Shown here: one piece after another, positions 18,333-28,107 of the stretch
How the letters are laid out: each line of letters begins with the position of its first letter
Numbering within the stretch: the first letter of the stretch is position 1
NCBI GenBank assembly: GCA_964247125.1
Contig: CAXTSZ010000002.1
Location: 2,825 to 66,824 of the forward strand
From: an uncultured bacterium
GTDB lineage: Bacteria; Cyanobacteriota; Cyanobacteriia; Cyanobacteriales; Chamaesiphonaceae
DNA length: 64,000 nucleotides
Direction: 5' to 3'
The notes under the pieces: model-generated
What the model was told of the DNA's origin: nothing
The model's input: only the letters and a program-made list of their open reading frames with translations
Database searches by the model: none
Translations under genes and position numbers: made by a program

Positions 18333-19802
18333 GTGAAACTTTACTTTGGATTACTAATTAGTTGCTCAATGGCCATGCTGTTGGGTGGCTGCGGTGATAA
18401 ATCGGGATCGCAAAGTAGCTTGGCCGCCAGTTCGCCAGCGCAGCCCAATGCGGTGATTGCCTTGGGGCGAGTGCAACCCCAAGGAGAGGTGATTAAGCTG
18501 TCGGTGGCTAATGCTCAAGATAGTCGGGTCGATCGCATTCTCATCAAGGAAGGTGATTTTGTCCAGAGTAATCAGGTGATTGCGATTCTGCAAGGGATCG
18601 ATCGCAAACAAGCTGATCTCCGCGATGCCCAAGCTGATGTCAAGTTGCGCCAAGTAGAACTCGCCAAAGTCTCGCACGGGGATGTCAAAAAAGCGCAGAT
18701 CGTGGCTCAGAATGCGGTAATTAGTAGGTTGCAAGCGCAGCTGACCAGTACCCAGAAACAACGTGCCGCTGCTTTGGTCAGTGCCCAAGCCCGACTCCGC
18801 AATGCGGAGATTGATTACCAACAACGGAGCCAGCTTTACCAAAACGGTACGGGGCTATTGACGGCCAAGGCCAAGTTAGCTAATACCAGTGCCGAATTTG
18901 CCCGTCGTCGCCAGTTTTATAAAAGTGGTGGGACGTTACTTAGTGGCAGAGCGAAGTTAATAGCAGCTCAACAGCAGTTCGATCGCCAACAATCTTTGTA
19001 CGGCTCGGGGGCAATTAGCAAATCTCAGTTAGAAAAAGCGGCAGAAGAGCTGACATCAGCGCAGGCATTGGTACAGGAAAAAAATATTGATGGCAGATCC
19101 CAAGTGGATAAAGCTGCGGAAGATTTAACCGTGTCCCAAGCTGCGCTCCAGGAAAAAGCTGCTGAAAATAAATTACAACTGGCCAAAACGGCGGCAGACT
19201 TGTTAACTGCGCGGGAAGCAGTGAAGGAAAGAAGAGCCGAATTGGAACAGACCATCCAAACGCTGGCTGCTGAAATTCGGCAAGAGCAAGCTAAGTTGGC
19301 AGAATTACGAGAAATCCGGCCAGCGGATGTCAGTATTGCCCAGGCTCAACTAGAAAAAGCCCAGATTGCCGTGGCCCAAAGGCAAGCGGCCGTGCGGGAT
19401 TCGCAAGTACGGGTACCAGTGGCTGGCCAAATTCTCAAAATTAATACGCGGGTGGGTGAACAGGTCAATACCAGCCAAGGAATTGTAGAGCTAGCTCAAA
19501 CGGCACAGATGTATGTAGTGGCCGAGGTCGCGGAAATAGATGTTGGTAAAATCCAAGAAGGTCAGGCCGCAACGATTACTAGCGAATATAAAAGTTTTGC
19601 CGGAGAACTACAAGGCACGGTCGAACACATTGGTTTGCAGGTGGGACGTAAGCAATCGCAAGAAATTGGTGGCAACAGTCGCGCCACCGATAAGGAAGCG
19701 CGCGTAGTGGCAATTCAAATCCGGGTGGCACCGGGGGATAGCGCTAAAGTCGCTAAATCTACCAATATGCAGGTGCGGGTGCGCTTGCCTTTGCAGCCAT
19801 GA
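18333..19802 (+). CDS. devB: DevB-family (HlyD-type) membrane fusion protein of an ABC exporter
   Basis: 489 aa. The lipobox-like LLGGC is followed by ALGRVQPQGEVIKLS, a long coiled coil, and the beta-barrel VPVAGQILKINTRVGEQV. It is followed by devC and devA, and the stop overlaps the devC start (ATGA). Confidence 0.85.
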   Translation: MKLYFGLLISCSMAMLLGGCGDKSGSQSSLAASSPAQPNAVIALGRVQPQGEVIKLSVANAQDSRVDRILIKEGDFVQSNQVIAILQGIDRKQADLRDAQADVKLRQVELAKVSHGDVKKAQIVAQNAVISRLQAQLTSTQKQRAAALVSAQARLRNAEIDYQQRSQLYQNGTGLLTAKAKLANTSAEFARRRQFYKSGGTLLSGRAKLIAAQQQFDRQQSLYGSGAISKSQLEKAAEELTSAQALVQEKNIDGRSQVDKAAEDLTVSQAALQEKAAENKLQLAKTAADLLTAREAVKERRAELEQTIQTLAAEIRQEQAKLAELREIRPADVSIAQAQLEKAQIAVAQRQAAVRDSQVRVPVAGQILKINTRVGEQVNTSQGIVELAQTAQMYVVAEVAEIDVGKIQEGQAATITSEYKSFAGELQGTVEHIGLQVGRKQSQEIGGNSRATDKEARVVAIQIRVAPGDSAKVAKSTNMQVRVRLPLQP

Positions 19803-20971
19803 AAAAAATAATTAAAAAATGGCCAGAGTTTCAGCGACCATTAGCTTGGGCACAGCTATCGCACCAAAAAATGCGCATGGGGGTAGCCATGGGGGGCATT
19901 GCTTTTGCTAATGTTTTGATTTTTATGCAGCTCGGGTTTTTACAGTTATTTTCTGGTGGGGCAACGCTCCTCCCGGGGCATTTGCGCGGCGATTTGTTTC
20001 TAATGAACGCGGATTCCAAATATATTAGTGCTAGTCCTTTCGATCGCACCTTGCTTTATCAAGCAGCCGCTTTTGAGGGCGTGATCAAAGCCGCACCACT
20101 ATATGCTCGGTATGCAGTATGGGCTTATGACAAAGAGCGAATTTCCTACGATACGCGGGTGTTTGCTTATAATCCAACGATGCCTGCTTTCGATTTACTG
20201 GCGATCAATCAGCAGCAATCCAAGCTATCAGAGCCATTTACTGTTTTGTTCGATCAAATGTCTCAAGCAAAGTTGGGGCCAGTAGTTACCGATCTGGCTA
20301 CCAAGGGTACGTCCGGAGCGTTTCTAAACAGTCGGCGGATGGTGGTGAATGGTTTATTTCCGTTGGGCTCTTCTTTCTTTTTGAGTTCCGGGAATGTAGT
20401 GACCAGCGAAATGACCTATGCCGAGCTTTTTGGCACAGAATCTTTGCAGCAAGTCGCGGTGGGCGCTATCTATGTCCAGCCCGGTACTAATTTGCTAGCG
20501 CTGAAGCAGGGGATTGAAAAAAATGTACCGGGGATTAAGGTTTTTACTCCCGCAGAATTGCAGCAGAAGGAAATCGATTTTCAAAACGAAAATCCCAGCG
20601 GCATTATTTTTGAGTTTGGAGCTATCATGGGCTTTATTGTGGGGGTAGCGATCGTCTATCAAGTCTTGTACAGCGATATTAGTGACCATCTATCGGAATA
20701 TGCCACGCTGAAGGCGATCGGTTATTCTGGCCGGACATTGCTGATTGTGATTTTTCAAGAAGCGGCCTTGTTAGCCGTCTTGGGATACATTCCCGGTTTT
20801 GTGGCCACGTTGGGCATGTACCAGTTGCTAACGGTATTAACCAAACTAGAACTAGTGATGGAGCTGGGACTCGCCCTGAATGTGTTTGGCATAACGTTGG
20901 TCATGTGTTTGATTTCGGCGGCGATCGCTTCCAATAAACTCCGATCTGCTGATCCGGCTGATGTATTTTGA
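19799..20971 (+). CDS. devC: DevC-family ABC exporter permease (FtsX-like)
   Basis: 390 aa. N-terminal TM helix, large periplasmic domain, and a C-terminal FtsX-type bundle (YATLKAIGYS...). Confidence 0.85.
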   Translation: MKKIIKKWPEFQRPLAWAQLSHQKMRMGVAMGGIAFANVLIFMQLGFLQLFSGGATLLPGHLRGDLFLMNADSKYISASPFDRTLLYQAAAFEGVIKAAPLYARYAVWAYDKERISYDTRVFAYNPTMPAFDLLAINQQQSKLSEPFTVLFDQMSQAKLGPVVTDLATKGTSGAFLNSRRMVVNGLFPLGSSFFLSSGNVVTSEMTYAELFGTESLQQVAVGAIYVQPGTNLLALKQGIEKNVPGIKVFTPAELQQKEIDFQNENPSGIIFEFGAIMGFIVGVAIVYQVLYSDISDHLSEYATLKAIGYSGRTLLIVIFQEAALLAVLGYIPGFVATLGMYQLLTVLTKLELVMELGLALNVFGITLVMCLISAAIASNKLRSADPADVF

Positions 20972-20979
20972 AGTGATTT

Positions 20980-21651
20980 ATGGTTCCCACTATTCAAATT
21001 GAAAATCTTCACTATGGTTTTGGCAAAGGCCATTTGCAAAAGCCCGTGCTAATTGATATTAATCTGGCGATCGCCCCCGGCGAGATCGTGATCTTAACGG
21101 GACCCTCGGGTAGTGGCAAAACCACTTTGCTGACGCTGATTGGGGCATTGCGATCGATGCAAACGGGCAGTCTCAAAATTCTCGATCAAGAACTGCGGGG
21201 TGCCAGCCAAACGCAATTGGTACAAGCTCGCAGTCAGATCGGGTTTATTTTTCAGGCGCACAACCTCCTGAAAAGCTTGATGGCCTGGGAGAATGTCAGT
21301 ATGCCGCTGAAATTGCAGCCCCAGATCAAAGACCGACAGGCTCGGGCGATCGATATTTTACAAACAGTGGGTTTAGGGGATCGCACCCACTATTACCCCG
21401 ATAATCTGTCAGGGGGACAAAAGCAGCGGGTAGCGATCGCCCGGGCGTTAGTCAGTGAGCCACGGCTGATTTTAGCAGATGAACCGACGGCGGCGTTAGA
21501 TAGTAAATCTGGCCGAGAGATCGTGAACTTAATGCAAGCTTTAGCTAAAGAACAAGGCTGTGCAATTTTAATAGTTACCCACGATAACCGAATTCTGGAT
21601 GCAGCCGATCGGCTAATTCATATGGAAGATGGTTGTATATCCTCTGGATAA
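20980..21651 (+). CDS. devA: DevA-family ABC transporter ATP-binding protein
   Basis: Walker A GPSGSGKTT, signature LSGGQKQR, Walker B ILADEPT. Confidence 0.9.
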   Translation: MVPTIQIENLHYGFGKGHLQKPVLIDINLAIAPGEIVILTGPSGSGKTTLLTLIGALRSMQTGSLKILDQELRGASQTQLVQARSQIGFIFQAHNLLKSLMAWENVSMPLKLQPQIKDRQARAIDILQTVGLGDRTHYYPDNLSGGQKQRVAIARALVSEPRLILADEPTAALDSKSGREIVNLMQALAKEQGCAILIVTHDNRILDAADRLIHMEDGCISSG

Positions 21652-22217
21652 TTCCAGTTGGTAAACATCTGGGGGGTGGTGAGGGGCATTGGTGCTACCA
21701 TCTCAGTACATAGCCACTTCTGAAAAGATTGACCACCAGCCCGAATGAAACTATCTAAGCTGGGGCGGCAGCTAATGTGATAGTAACCACATAATGCTTC
21801 CCACCCTTTAGCTTGCGGGGCAAGATAGGCGATCGCTTCCTTGGGGACATGCTCTAAATCTTCCAACCATCCTTGGAGCGTGACCGCATCGATGCCGGGT
21901 AGATCACAGGCTAGTAATAAAATCCAATCGGCAGTAATTTGCTGAAGACTTTGCTGAAAAGCCAGCAGTGGTCCCTGTGGTGGGACGCTTTCTAACAACC
22001 ATCGACAATCTGCTGGCAATATGTCTTGATAGCGCTCTGGCCAAGGGGTGATGATATAAACTTGATCTGTAGATACTCGTGCCACATCATATACTCGCCG
22101 CAGGAGAGGTACCTTATTGATTGTCAGTAACGCTTTATCCTGCCGCATTCTTCGACTCTGACCACCGGCCAACAGGACAGTCACTATCTTTTCCTTAGAT
22201 ATTTTCATGGATTTCAA
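21618..22217 (-). CDS. mobA: Molybdenum cofactor guanylyltransferase
   Basis: VLLAGGQSRRMRQDKALL and LLLACDLP motifs. It overlaps devA convergently by 34 nt. Confidence 0.8.
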   Translation of the reverse strand: MKSMKISKEKIVTVLLAGGQSRRMRQDKALLTINKVPLLRRVYDVARVSTDQVYIITPWPERYQDILPADCRWLLESVPPQGPLLAFQQSLQQITADWILLLACDLPGIDAVTLQGWLEDLEHVPKEAIAYLAPQAKGWEALCGYYHISCRPSLDSFIRAGGQSFQKWLCTEMVAPMPLTTPQMFTNWNYPEDIQPSSI

Positions 22218-22297
22218 CTCTTGTTCATAGCAAACTTGCGGTTGGCTCTTTGTTTTTTGTGGTTAAAATTAATTAATAGCACTATTACTAGATTTCA

Positions 22298-22552
22298 ATG
22301 AAAATACCACCTCTAAATCAGGCAGATATCGATCGAGTGGTAGAAATGGCCTGGGAAGATCGGACAACCTTTGAAGCAATCGAACTCCAATTTGGCCTGC
22401 AAGAAAAGCATGTCATTGCCCTCATGCGCCGTGAAATGCAAATTTCTAGTTTTAAAATGTGGCGAGAGCGGGTCACTAGTCGCAAAACCAAGCATCTGCA
22501 ACAGCGCGAATTTATTGCGGGTCGCTTTCAATCTCACAACACCAAGAAATAG
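22298..22552 (+). CDS. TIGR03643 (DUF2805) family small protein
   Basis: DIDRVVEMAWEDRTTFEAIELQFGLQEKHVIALMRREM...FKMWRERV matches the TIGR03643 core as I recall it. Confidence 0.7.
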   Translation: MKIPPLNQADIDRVVEMAWEDRTTFEAIELQFGLQEKHVIALMRREMQISSFKMWRERVTSRKTKHLQQREFIAGRFQSHNTKK

Positions 22553-22566
22553 GGTTTTGATTGCTC

Positions 22567-24054
22567 ATGTTCGCCGCCAGCATTGTCTTTCCGCATCAGC
22601 TCTACCATCATCATCCCGCACTGTCCCTCGATCGACCAGTATATCTAGTGGAAGAATGGCTGTATTTCCATCAATATCGTTTTCATAAACAGAAGCTACT
22701 ACTCCATCGATCGACCATGCAAATGTATGCCGATCACCTACAGCAACAGGGATATAAAGTTAGATATATCGCCGCGACTACGTCGGATTGCGATATCCAA
22801 AAACTTATTCCTCAGCTTCCGAACATCAAAGAACTACACTATACCGCCTTAGTCGATGACTGGCTGCAACAGCGATTAACAAATGCCGCTGGAGCAAGAA
22901 TTAAGCTGATTGCCTATCCTTCACCCAATTTTTTGAATGAACCAGAGGAAGTAGCTGAATTTTTCGCCCGTCGCAAAAGCTATAAGCAAACCGACTTCTA
23001 TATTGACCAGCGGAAAAAGCGGCAAATACTGATAGATAGCCATGGCAAGCCAGTCGGTGGACAGTGGACTTACGACACCGACAATCGTCGTAAATATCCA
23101 AAAAACCAAACCCCACCTCCTGTACAGTTACCGGGCTTAAATAGTTATGTAAAAGAGGCGCAGATCTATGTCGATCAATATTTCCCGGATAACTACGGAT
23201 CTACCCAGCAGCCTTTTGCCGCCGGCTATTACCCGACGACTTTTGCCGAAGCCGCCGACTACTTACAAGACTTTTTGGCAGTGCGTTTGCGGGATTTTGG
23301 TGCTTATGAAGATGCGATCGTCTCCGCGCAATCTATTCTGCACCACTCCCTGCTCACGCCCATGCTAAATATTGGCTTGCTTACACCTCAGCAGATTTTG
23401 ACAGCCGTTTTAGCGATCGCTGACCAAATTCCTCTCAATAGCTTAGAAGGATTCATTCGCCAAATCATGGGCTGGCGAGAATTTATCCGACTGACTTATG
23501 AACGGGCTGGGCGGCAGCAGCGCACTTGTAACTATTGGAAATTCTCTAAACCAATACCACCTAGCTTCTGGACAGGCGAAACGGGGATTGCTCCCTTGGA
23601 TATCGTCATTAAAAGAACACTAAAAAGTGGCTACTGCCATCATATTGAGCGGCTGATGGTGCTGGGTAATTTCATGCTGTTGTGTGAGTTCGACCCTGAT
23701 GAAGTGTATCGCTGGTTTATGGAAATGTTCGTCGATGCCTACGACTGGGTAATGGTGCCGAATGTCTATGCGATGAGCCAGTTTGCTGATGGCGGCGGCA
23801 TGTGTACAAAGCCTTACATTAGTGGTAGTAATTATTTGATGAAAATGAGCAATTTTAGTAAAGGAGATTGGCAGCCAATTTGGGACGGTCTTTTTTGGCG
23901 ATTTATGCATATTCATCGCGATTTTTTTCTCTCTAATCCGCGCTTAGGAATGCTAGTCGGTACTTTTGACAAAATGACGACAGAAAAGAGAGAACAACAT
24001 CTCCAGAACGCTGAGAATTTCTTAGTGAAAATCAACTATTCTAAGGATATTTAA
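22567..24054 (+). CDS. Cryptochrome/photolyase-family protein of the FeS-BCP / (6-4) photolyase PhrB-like type (COG3046)
   Basis: ~495 aa. The N-terminal IVFPHQLY..., C-terminal GYCHHIERLMVLGNF and VDAYDWVMVPNVYAMSQFADGG blocks are typical of the photolyase-related COG3046 group. The ATG at 22567 is preferred to the TTG at 22561. Confidence 0.75.
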   Translation: MFAASIVFPHQLYHHHPALSLDRPVYLVEEWLYFHQYRFHKQKLLLHRSTMQMYADHLQQQGYKVRYIAATTSDCDIQKLIPQLPNIKELHYTALVDDWLQQRLTNAAGARIKLIAYPSPNFLNEPEEVAEFFARRKSYKQTDFYIDQRKKRQILIDSHGKPVGGQWTYDTDNRRKYPKNQTPPPVQLPGLNSYVKEAQIYVDQYFPDNYGSTQQPFAAGYYPTTFAEAADYLQDFLAVRLRDFGAYEDAIVSAQSILHHSLLTPMLNIGLLTPQQILTAVLAIADQIPLNSLEGFIRQIMGWREFIRLTYERAGRQQRTCNYWKFSKPIPPSFWTGETGIAPLDIVIKRTLKSGYCHHIERLMVLGNFMLLCEFDPDEVYRWFMEMFVDAYDWVMVPNVYAMSQFADGGGMCTKPYISGSNYLMKMSNFSKGDWQPIWDGLFWRFMHIHRDFFLSNPRLGMLVGTFDKMTTEKREQHLQNAENFLVKINYSKDI

Positions 24055-24944
24055 AACCGGGTGAGCCATCTCAGAATGGCCGAATTCACCAATTCGGGGT
24101 ATTCATCATGAGGACAATGGCCGCCGTCTGGAATAGTAATAATTTCGATATCTTGACCTTGCTCTTGCAGCCGTCGGAAAGCAGCTGCTCCGGCTACTGG
24201 TGTCCAGGGATCAGCCTCACCCCAAATTACTAAGATGGGGCAGTTAATCGATTTCAACAGCTCCCTCGTCTCGGTGCCCGGTGCCGCCCCAATGACAGCG
24301 GCAAAAACTTGTTGGGCACCTTCATCACAGGAAGGTTGGTAGAGTAGCTCCACTAGATCTTCCGTGATGGCTTCTTTGCGGAAATAGACTTGTCCTAAGC
24401 TTTTGCGAATATTTTTTTTGCTTCGAATGCGATCGAAGATCAACGGACCAAAAGCTGGTGACTTTACTACGTTCATAAACAAGTTCATGGTTTGTCGCCA
24501 GAACCAGTTCAAATCGGTAGGTCGATGGGTTAACCCCCCTGCACAATTAATTAAAATAGCGCCCGCGCACATGGCTGGCTGATTGGCCATCGCGGTCAGA
24601 GTCACTAACCCACCAATGGAGTTACCCACCAACACTGTTGGTTCTTGAATATGTGCTTGCCAAAAGTCGGCGATTAACTCGGCCCATAGCTCCATACTGT
24701 AGGCAATCGGTGCTTTGGTTGAAGCGCCAAAACCCAATAGATCGATCGCATAGACTCGATAACCCCCAGCGGCTAATTCACTGATGTTGTTACGCCAATG
24801 ACCGATCGAGGCCCCGAAGCCATGAATCAGGAGGAGGGGTTGACCTCCGCCTTTGACGGTGTAAACAATTTGATAACCACGCCAGCTCCAGATTTGCCGG
24901 TCAATGCGATCGATCTTAGTGAGAACTTCAATCAGGGCGGGCAT
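24051..24944 (-). CDS. Alpha/beta hydrolase
   Basis: LLLIHGFGAS, nucleophile elbow GNSIGG, C-terminal GGHCPHDE. Confidence 0.85.
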   Translation of the reverse strand: MPALIEVLTKIDRIDRQIWSWRGYQIVYTVKGGGQPLLLIHGFGASIGHWRNNISELAAGGYRVYAIDLLGFGASTKAPIAYSMELWAELIADFWQAHIQEPTVLVGNSIGGLVTLTAMANQPAMCAGAILINCAGGLTHRPTDLNWFWRQTMNLFMNVVKSPAFGPLIFDRIRSKKNIRKSLGQVYFRKEAITEDLVELLYQPSCDEGAQQVFAAVIGAAPGTETRELLKSINCPILVIWGEADPWTPVAGAAAFRRLQEQGQDIEIITIPDGGHCPHDEYPELVNSAILRWLTRF

Positions 24945-25009
24945 TTATAAAGTTTTGATAAGGAACATCACTTTATTTTAAGGGAAATAACCTTGGCCGC
25001 CCAGTAAAG

Positions 25010-27277
25010 TTAAGGCATCTGCAAGGGAATCATGCCATTCTCTGGCAAATAACTGCGATAACGACCATGATCAGCAAAGAACATCATCATTTGCAGGGCA
25101 TAATCTGGCTCGATATTTAGATCTTCCCAGGGTATGGCAATCTCTAGGCATTTATCCCAGGCCACCCGCGCACTAGAAGGGCGATGTTCCCATTGGTCAT
25201 AATCGATCGCCTCTTGAAACCAGCAGGTTAAATTTTGCAAATTGATTTGGAGCCGGTGGTGAAAGCGATAATTCAATGGTGCTTCAGGGGGCATTTCGGC
25301 TAAGGGCAGCAGACTATTGTGCATCGTCTGGTTACTATAAAACCAGGTGAGGTTTAGCTCAGTTGGAATATCGACACCGGGCTTAGTGCCCTGTTTAAAA
25401 TCTAGCCGCACATAAAAATTTTGGTGATCCACACCATAATAAACCCGCTGGATCGTGCTGCTTTGGTGCATCGTGCCCCTTGCTCCGCCAATTTCCATTT
25501 TGCCTGCCATATTCCAGTCTTGCTCATCACCCCGCCCATCAATCACTGGATGAATAAAGCCTTCGGGGCGATGTTCGGTACGGCGATGGTGACTTTCAAT
25601 ATATTGATAGAGTTCGGAGGGCACCTGCTCATTCAAAGATTGATACAGTGCGACTAAATGCTCCCGAAACAGTTGATCAAACATGGCATCGTTGTTCGAT
25701 GAATGACCTTCGCCGAACCACCAAAACCAGTCCGAGCCTTCAGCGGCATAGAGTGCTGACCAGGCTTCTGGGTTATTTTCGGGGGTTGCTTCGGGATGAT
25801 TGGCTAAGGTCTGACGTGCAGCAGTCAACAGATCCCAAGCCCGATTCTTCACGGGATCGCCGATCCAGGTGGTTAAGCTGCCATCGACCCAAGAGCCGGT
25901 ATGCAGCTGTTGGCTGGGAATTTCGGCAGTAGGTGGAAATTGAGTAATAAATTCATTGACGGTGACGAGTTTAAAACGCTCATCGTCACTAAATTGTTGA
26001 TACAAGTGTTCTAGAAAGGGTTTGCCATCCAGATGATAATGTTCCCAGCAGTTTTCACCATCGAGAGCGATCGTTACCAACCAGGGTTTATCTAAAGATT
26101 CAGAATTAGTGTCTTTAGAATTAGTATCTTCAGGATCAGCCGATGGTGGTGCTTGTTTGGCCGCCAAAGAATCTCGAATGGCGGCTAAATGACCAATTAA
26201 GTCGGCGGTAGCCTGCTGAGGTTCCATACCGCTGTAAGTAAAGCCAATCAAATCGGAGAGGCGGTGATCGCGGAAGACCATTGCCAAATCACCATGTTCA
26301 GTAGCTAGCTTGTAGGGACGGTATAACAGCTCAGGTTCTTGAACATTGCCATAATGATCGCGATGGAAGAAGTGCTTGATGGAATGACCCAAAATAGATT
26401 CATCAGAACAGAGCCATTTAAAGCCTTGCTCGGCAACATAAGGCAAGATGGCCGGACTCACCGCCTGCTCTGATGGCCATAGACCTTGGGGAGCGCGACC
26501 AAACCGATCCTTGTACATATCCCAAGCTTTACCTAAGTGGCGGGGAATATCTTCTGCCCAAGAGAATCTTTGCTGGGGCAAGTCCATATTGGGCACGGCA
26601 ACTCGACCCACATTGGTATCGGCGAGCAGCGGCAAGATGGGATGTGAGTAAGGAGTGGTGGTAATCTCTAGCTGGCCAGTTTCCTGCATTTCGCGGTGCT
26701 TAGGGATAATCCGGGCAATGATCTCGCGCTGCTTAGAATAGATTCGTTGTCGATCGCTCAACGTAAAGTCATGATCTTTTGCCAGCCAGTCAGCAATTTC
26801 TGGATCTTCCCAAAATAGCGGGTCGAACCAGGATAAATTATGCCAAGCCAGTAGATCGCTGTAGTCGCGTTCTTGCCAGTTATCTAAGCACCAGGGTTCC
26901 CCATGCTCTTGACGCTGATCGAATAGTTCTCGGTAGCGAGGATGGGGATCGATCAGGGTATGGTGGTTACCATCAAAAAAGTGGCGAATAATAAACTGCC
27001 GCTGCTGGGTTTTGAGTTGCTCGAAGGGCATCAAGGCCAACTCTAAGTAAGGATCGAAGGCCGTGCCTGCGACATAGTCTTCTAGTTGCTCAATGAGAGA
27101 AGGAACTAAATTAACAGTTTGGTGCAGCTTGGGATATTTTTCCAGCAGCAAAATTAAATCCAGATAATCCTTAGTACCATGTAGTCTGACCCAAGGCATG
27201 CGATATTTGCCATCGCGGCACTTGTAGAGTGGCTGATGCTGATGCCAGATAAATGCAATGTAGAGAGGATGAGACAT
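25010..27277 (-). CDS. Glycoside hydrolase family 57 protein
   Basis: 755 aa. FIWHQHQPLYK....WVRLHGTKDYLD is the GH57 N-terminal signature, with later GQLEITTTPYSHPILPLL and WPSEQAVS blocks. Confidence 0.85.
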   Translation of the reverse strand: MSHPLYIAFIWHQHQPLYKCRDGKYRMPWVRLHGTKDYLDLILLLEKYPKLHQTVNLVPSLIEQLEDYVAGTAFDPYLELALMPFEQLKTQQRQFIIRHFFDGNHHTLIDPHPRYRELFDQRQEHGEPWCLDNWQERDYSDLLAWHNLSWFDPLFWEDPEIADWLAKDHDFTLSDRQRIYSKQREIIARIIPKHREMQETGQLEITTTPYSHPILPLLADTNVGRVAVPNMDLPQQRFSWAEDIPRHLGKAWDMYKDRFGRAPQGLWPSEQAVSPAILPYVAEQGFKWLCSDESILGHSIKHFFHRDHYGNVQEPELLYRPYKLATEHGDLAMVFRDHRLSDLIGFTYSGMEPQQATADLIGHLAAIRDSLAAKQAPPSADPEDTNSKDTNSESLDKPWLVTIALDGENCWEHYHLDGKPFLEHLYQQFSDDERFKLVTVNEFITQFPPTAEIPSQQLHTGSWVDGSLTTWIGDPVKNRAWDLLTAARQTLANHPEATPENNPEAWSALYAAEGSDWFWWFGEGHSSNNDAMFDQLFREHLVALYQSLNEQVPSELYQYIESHHRRTEHRPEGFIHPVIDGRGDEQDWNMAGKMEIGGARGTMHQSSTIQRVYYGVDHQNFYVRLDFKQGTKPGVDIPTELNLTWFYSNQTMHNSLLPLAEMPPEAPLNYRFHHRLQINLQNLTCWFQEAIDYDQWEHRPSSARVAWDKCLEIAIPWEDLNIEPDYALQMMMFFADHGRYRSYLPENGMIPLQMP

Positions 27278-27415
27278 GATAACAGCAGTAAAGGAATTAT
27301 TAATCGATTGACTTTACCCGATTTTAGTCTGAAATTTGTGGGAGAGAGCAAAGTTTACCGAAATAACTTAACGCTTTTGCGGGGATCGAACATTTCACCT
27401 TGAGCACTTCGCCAA

Positions 27416-27676
27416 AATTACGGCCATGAATGCCGTAATCCATCAACCATTTTTACCTAACGAGTAGTGGCTGGTCAAGGGTGGCAGCTCGTTATTGATC
27501 CCCGCCAACGGCGGATCGTCGGCAATACTTGATATTGTCGATCGAGGCTGCAAATTTCCAGTCCCGCTGTCGGTCAGCCGGGACGTTATACCTATCTATC
27601 TGTGCAGAAGATTAAGTGGCTGCGCTGCACCAATATGTCGTCTCCTAAAAACCCGCCGTGATCCCGATGGGTTTTT
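27416..27676. other. Hairpin-dense non-coding segment (candidate structured RNA or long leader); strand and identity unresolved
   Basis: Consecutive stems: attacggc/gccgtaat (27416-27438), aacgag/ctcgtt (27458-27492), ccgcc/ggcgg (27501-27513), gtcccg/cgggac (27561-27584), gtgcag/ctgcac (27602-27630). There is a symmetric A5-stem-T5 terminator-like element at 27647-27676. Confidence 0.25.
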
Positions 27677-28107
27677 ATGGTGCTTGGCAATCAGCATCAA
27701 TCCTGCGCGGTATTATTCATCTTGCATTTTTGTAGCTGTAGTTACAGTATTGTTCAATGAATTATTGTGCGGTAGGAACATAACTAAATTTTTGCAGTCA
27801 CCACTACCAAAAAATCACTGGTATAGTGATCCCCGTAAAGAAATGTTGCCAAATGTAAATTAGTTTGCTAGGGTGTTTGTAATAGAGAAATCTACTGCTC
27901 ACGCTGAATCTCTCAACAAGAGGCGTAACGATATGCTAAACAGTTCAGTCTATTCACTTCAAAACTTCGGTTGCTGATTGAACCTTTGCATTTTTAATCT
28001 TCAAACAACTACATAGCTTTCTTCTCTGAGCCTAAAACTTGCTCCGGGCAGACACCTATGCATTTACAACCTCATCCCCACAGCTATCACAGTAAGAGGT
28101 AACGTCA

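Noticed and set aside
27372-27392. Minus strand reads TGTTCGATCCCCGCAAAAGCG, resembling a tRNA T-loop plus 3' acceptor strand (a possible att-site remnant)
   Set aside because: The 5' half of the T-stem and the rest of a cloverleaf are absent. A ~13-nt resemblance is not enough, and no integrase lies nearby.
27732-27745. GTAGCTGTAGTTAC, a perfect NtcA-type GTA-N8-TAC palindrome
   Set aside because: The motif carries little information, so several chance hits are expected in 64 kb. The nearest TAN3T box is about 17 nt away rather than the ~22 nt expected, and the site lies ~360 nt from the nearest start codon.
27495-27863. 122-aa ORF in the large GH57/SDR intergenic region
   Set aside because: The translation is Cys/Arg-rich and there is no RBS or recognisable motif. 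It also runs through the terminator-like hairpin. The region is better treated as non-coding structured sequence.
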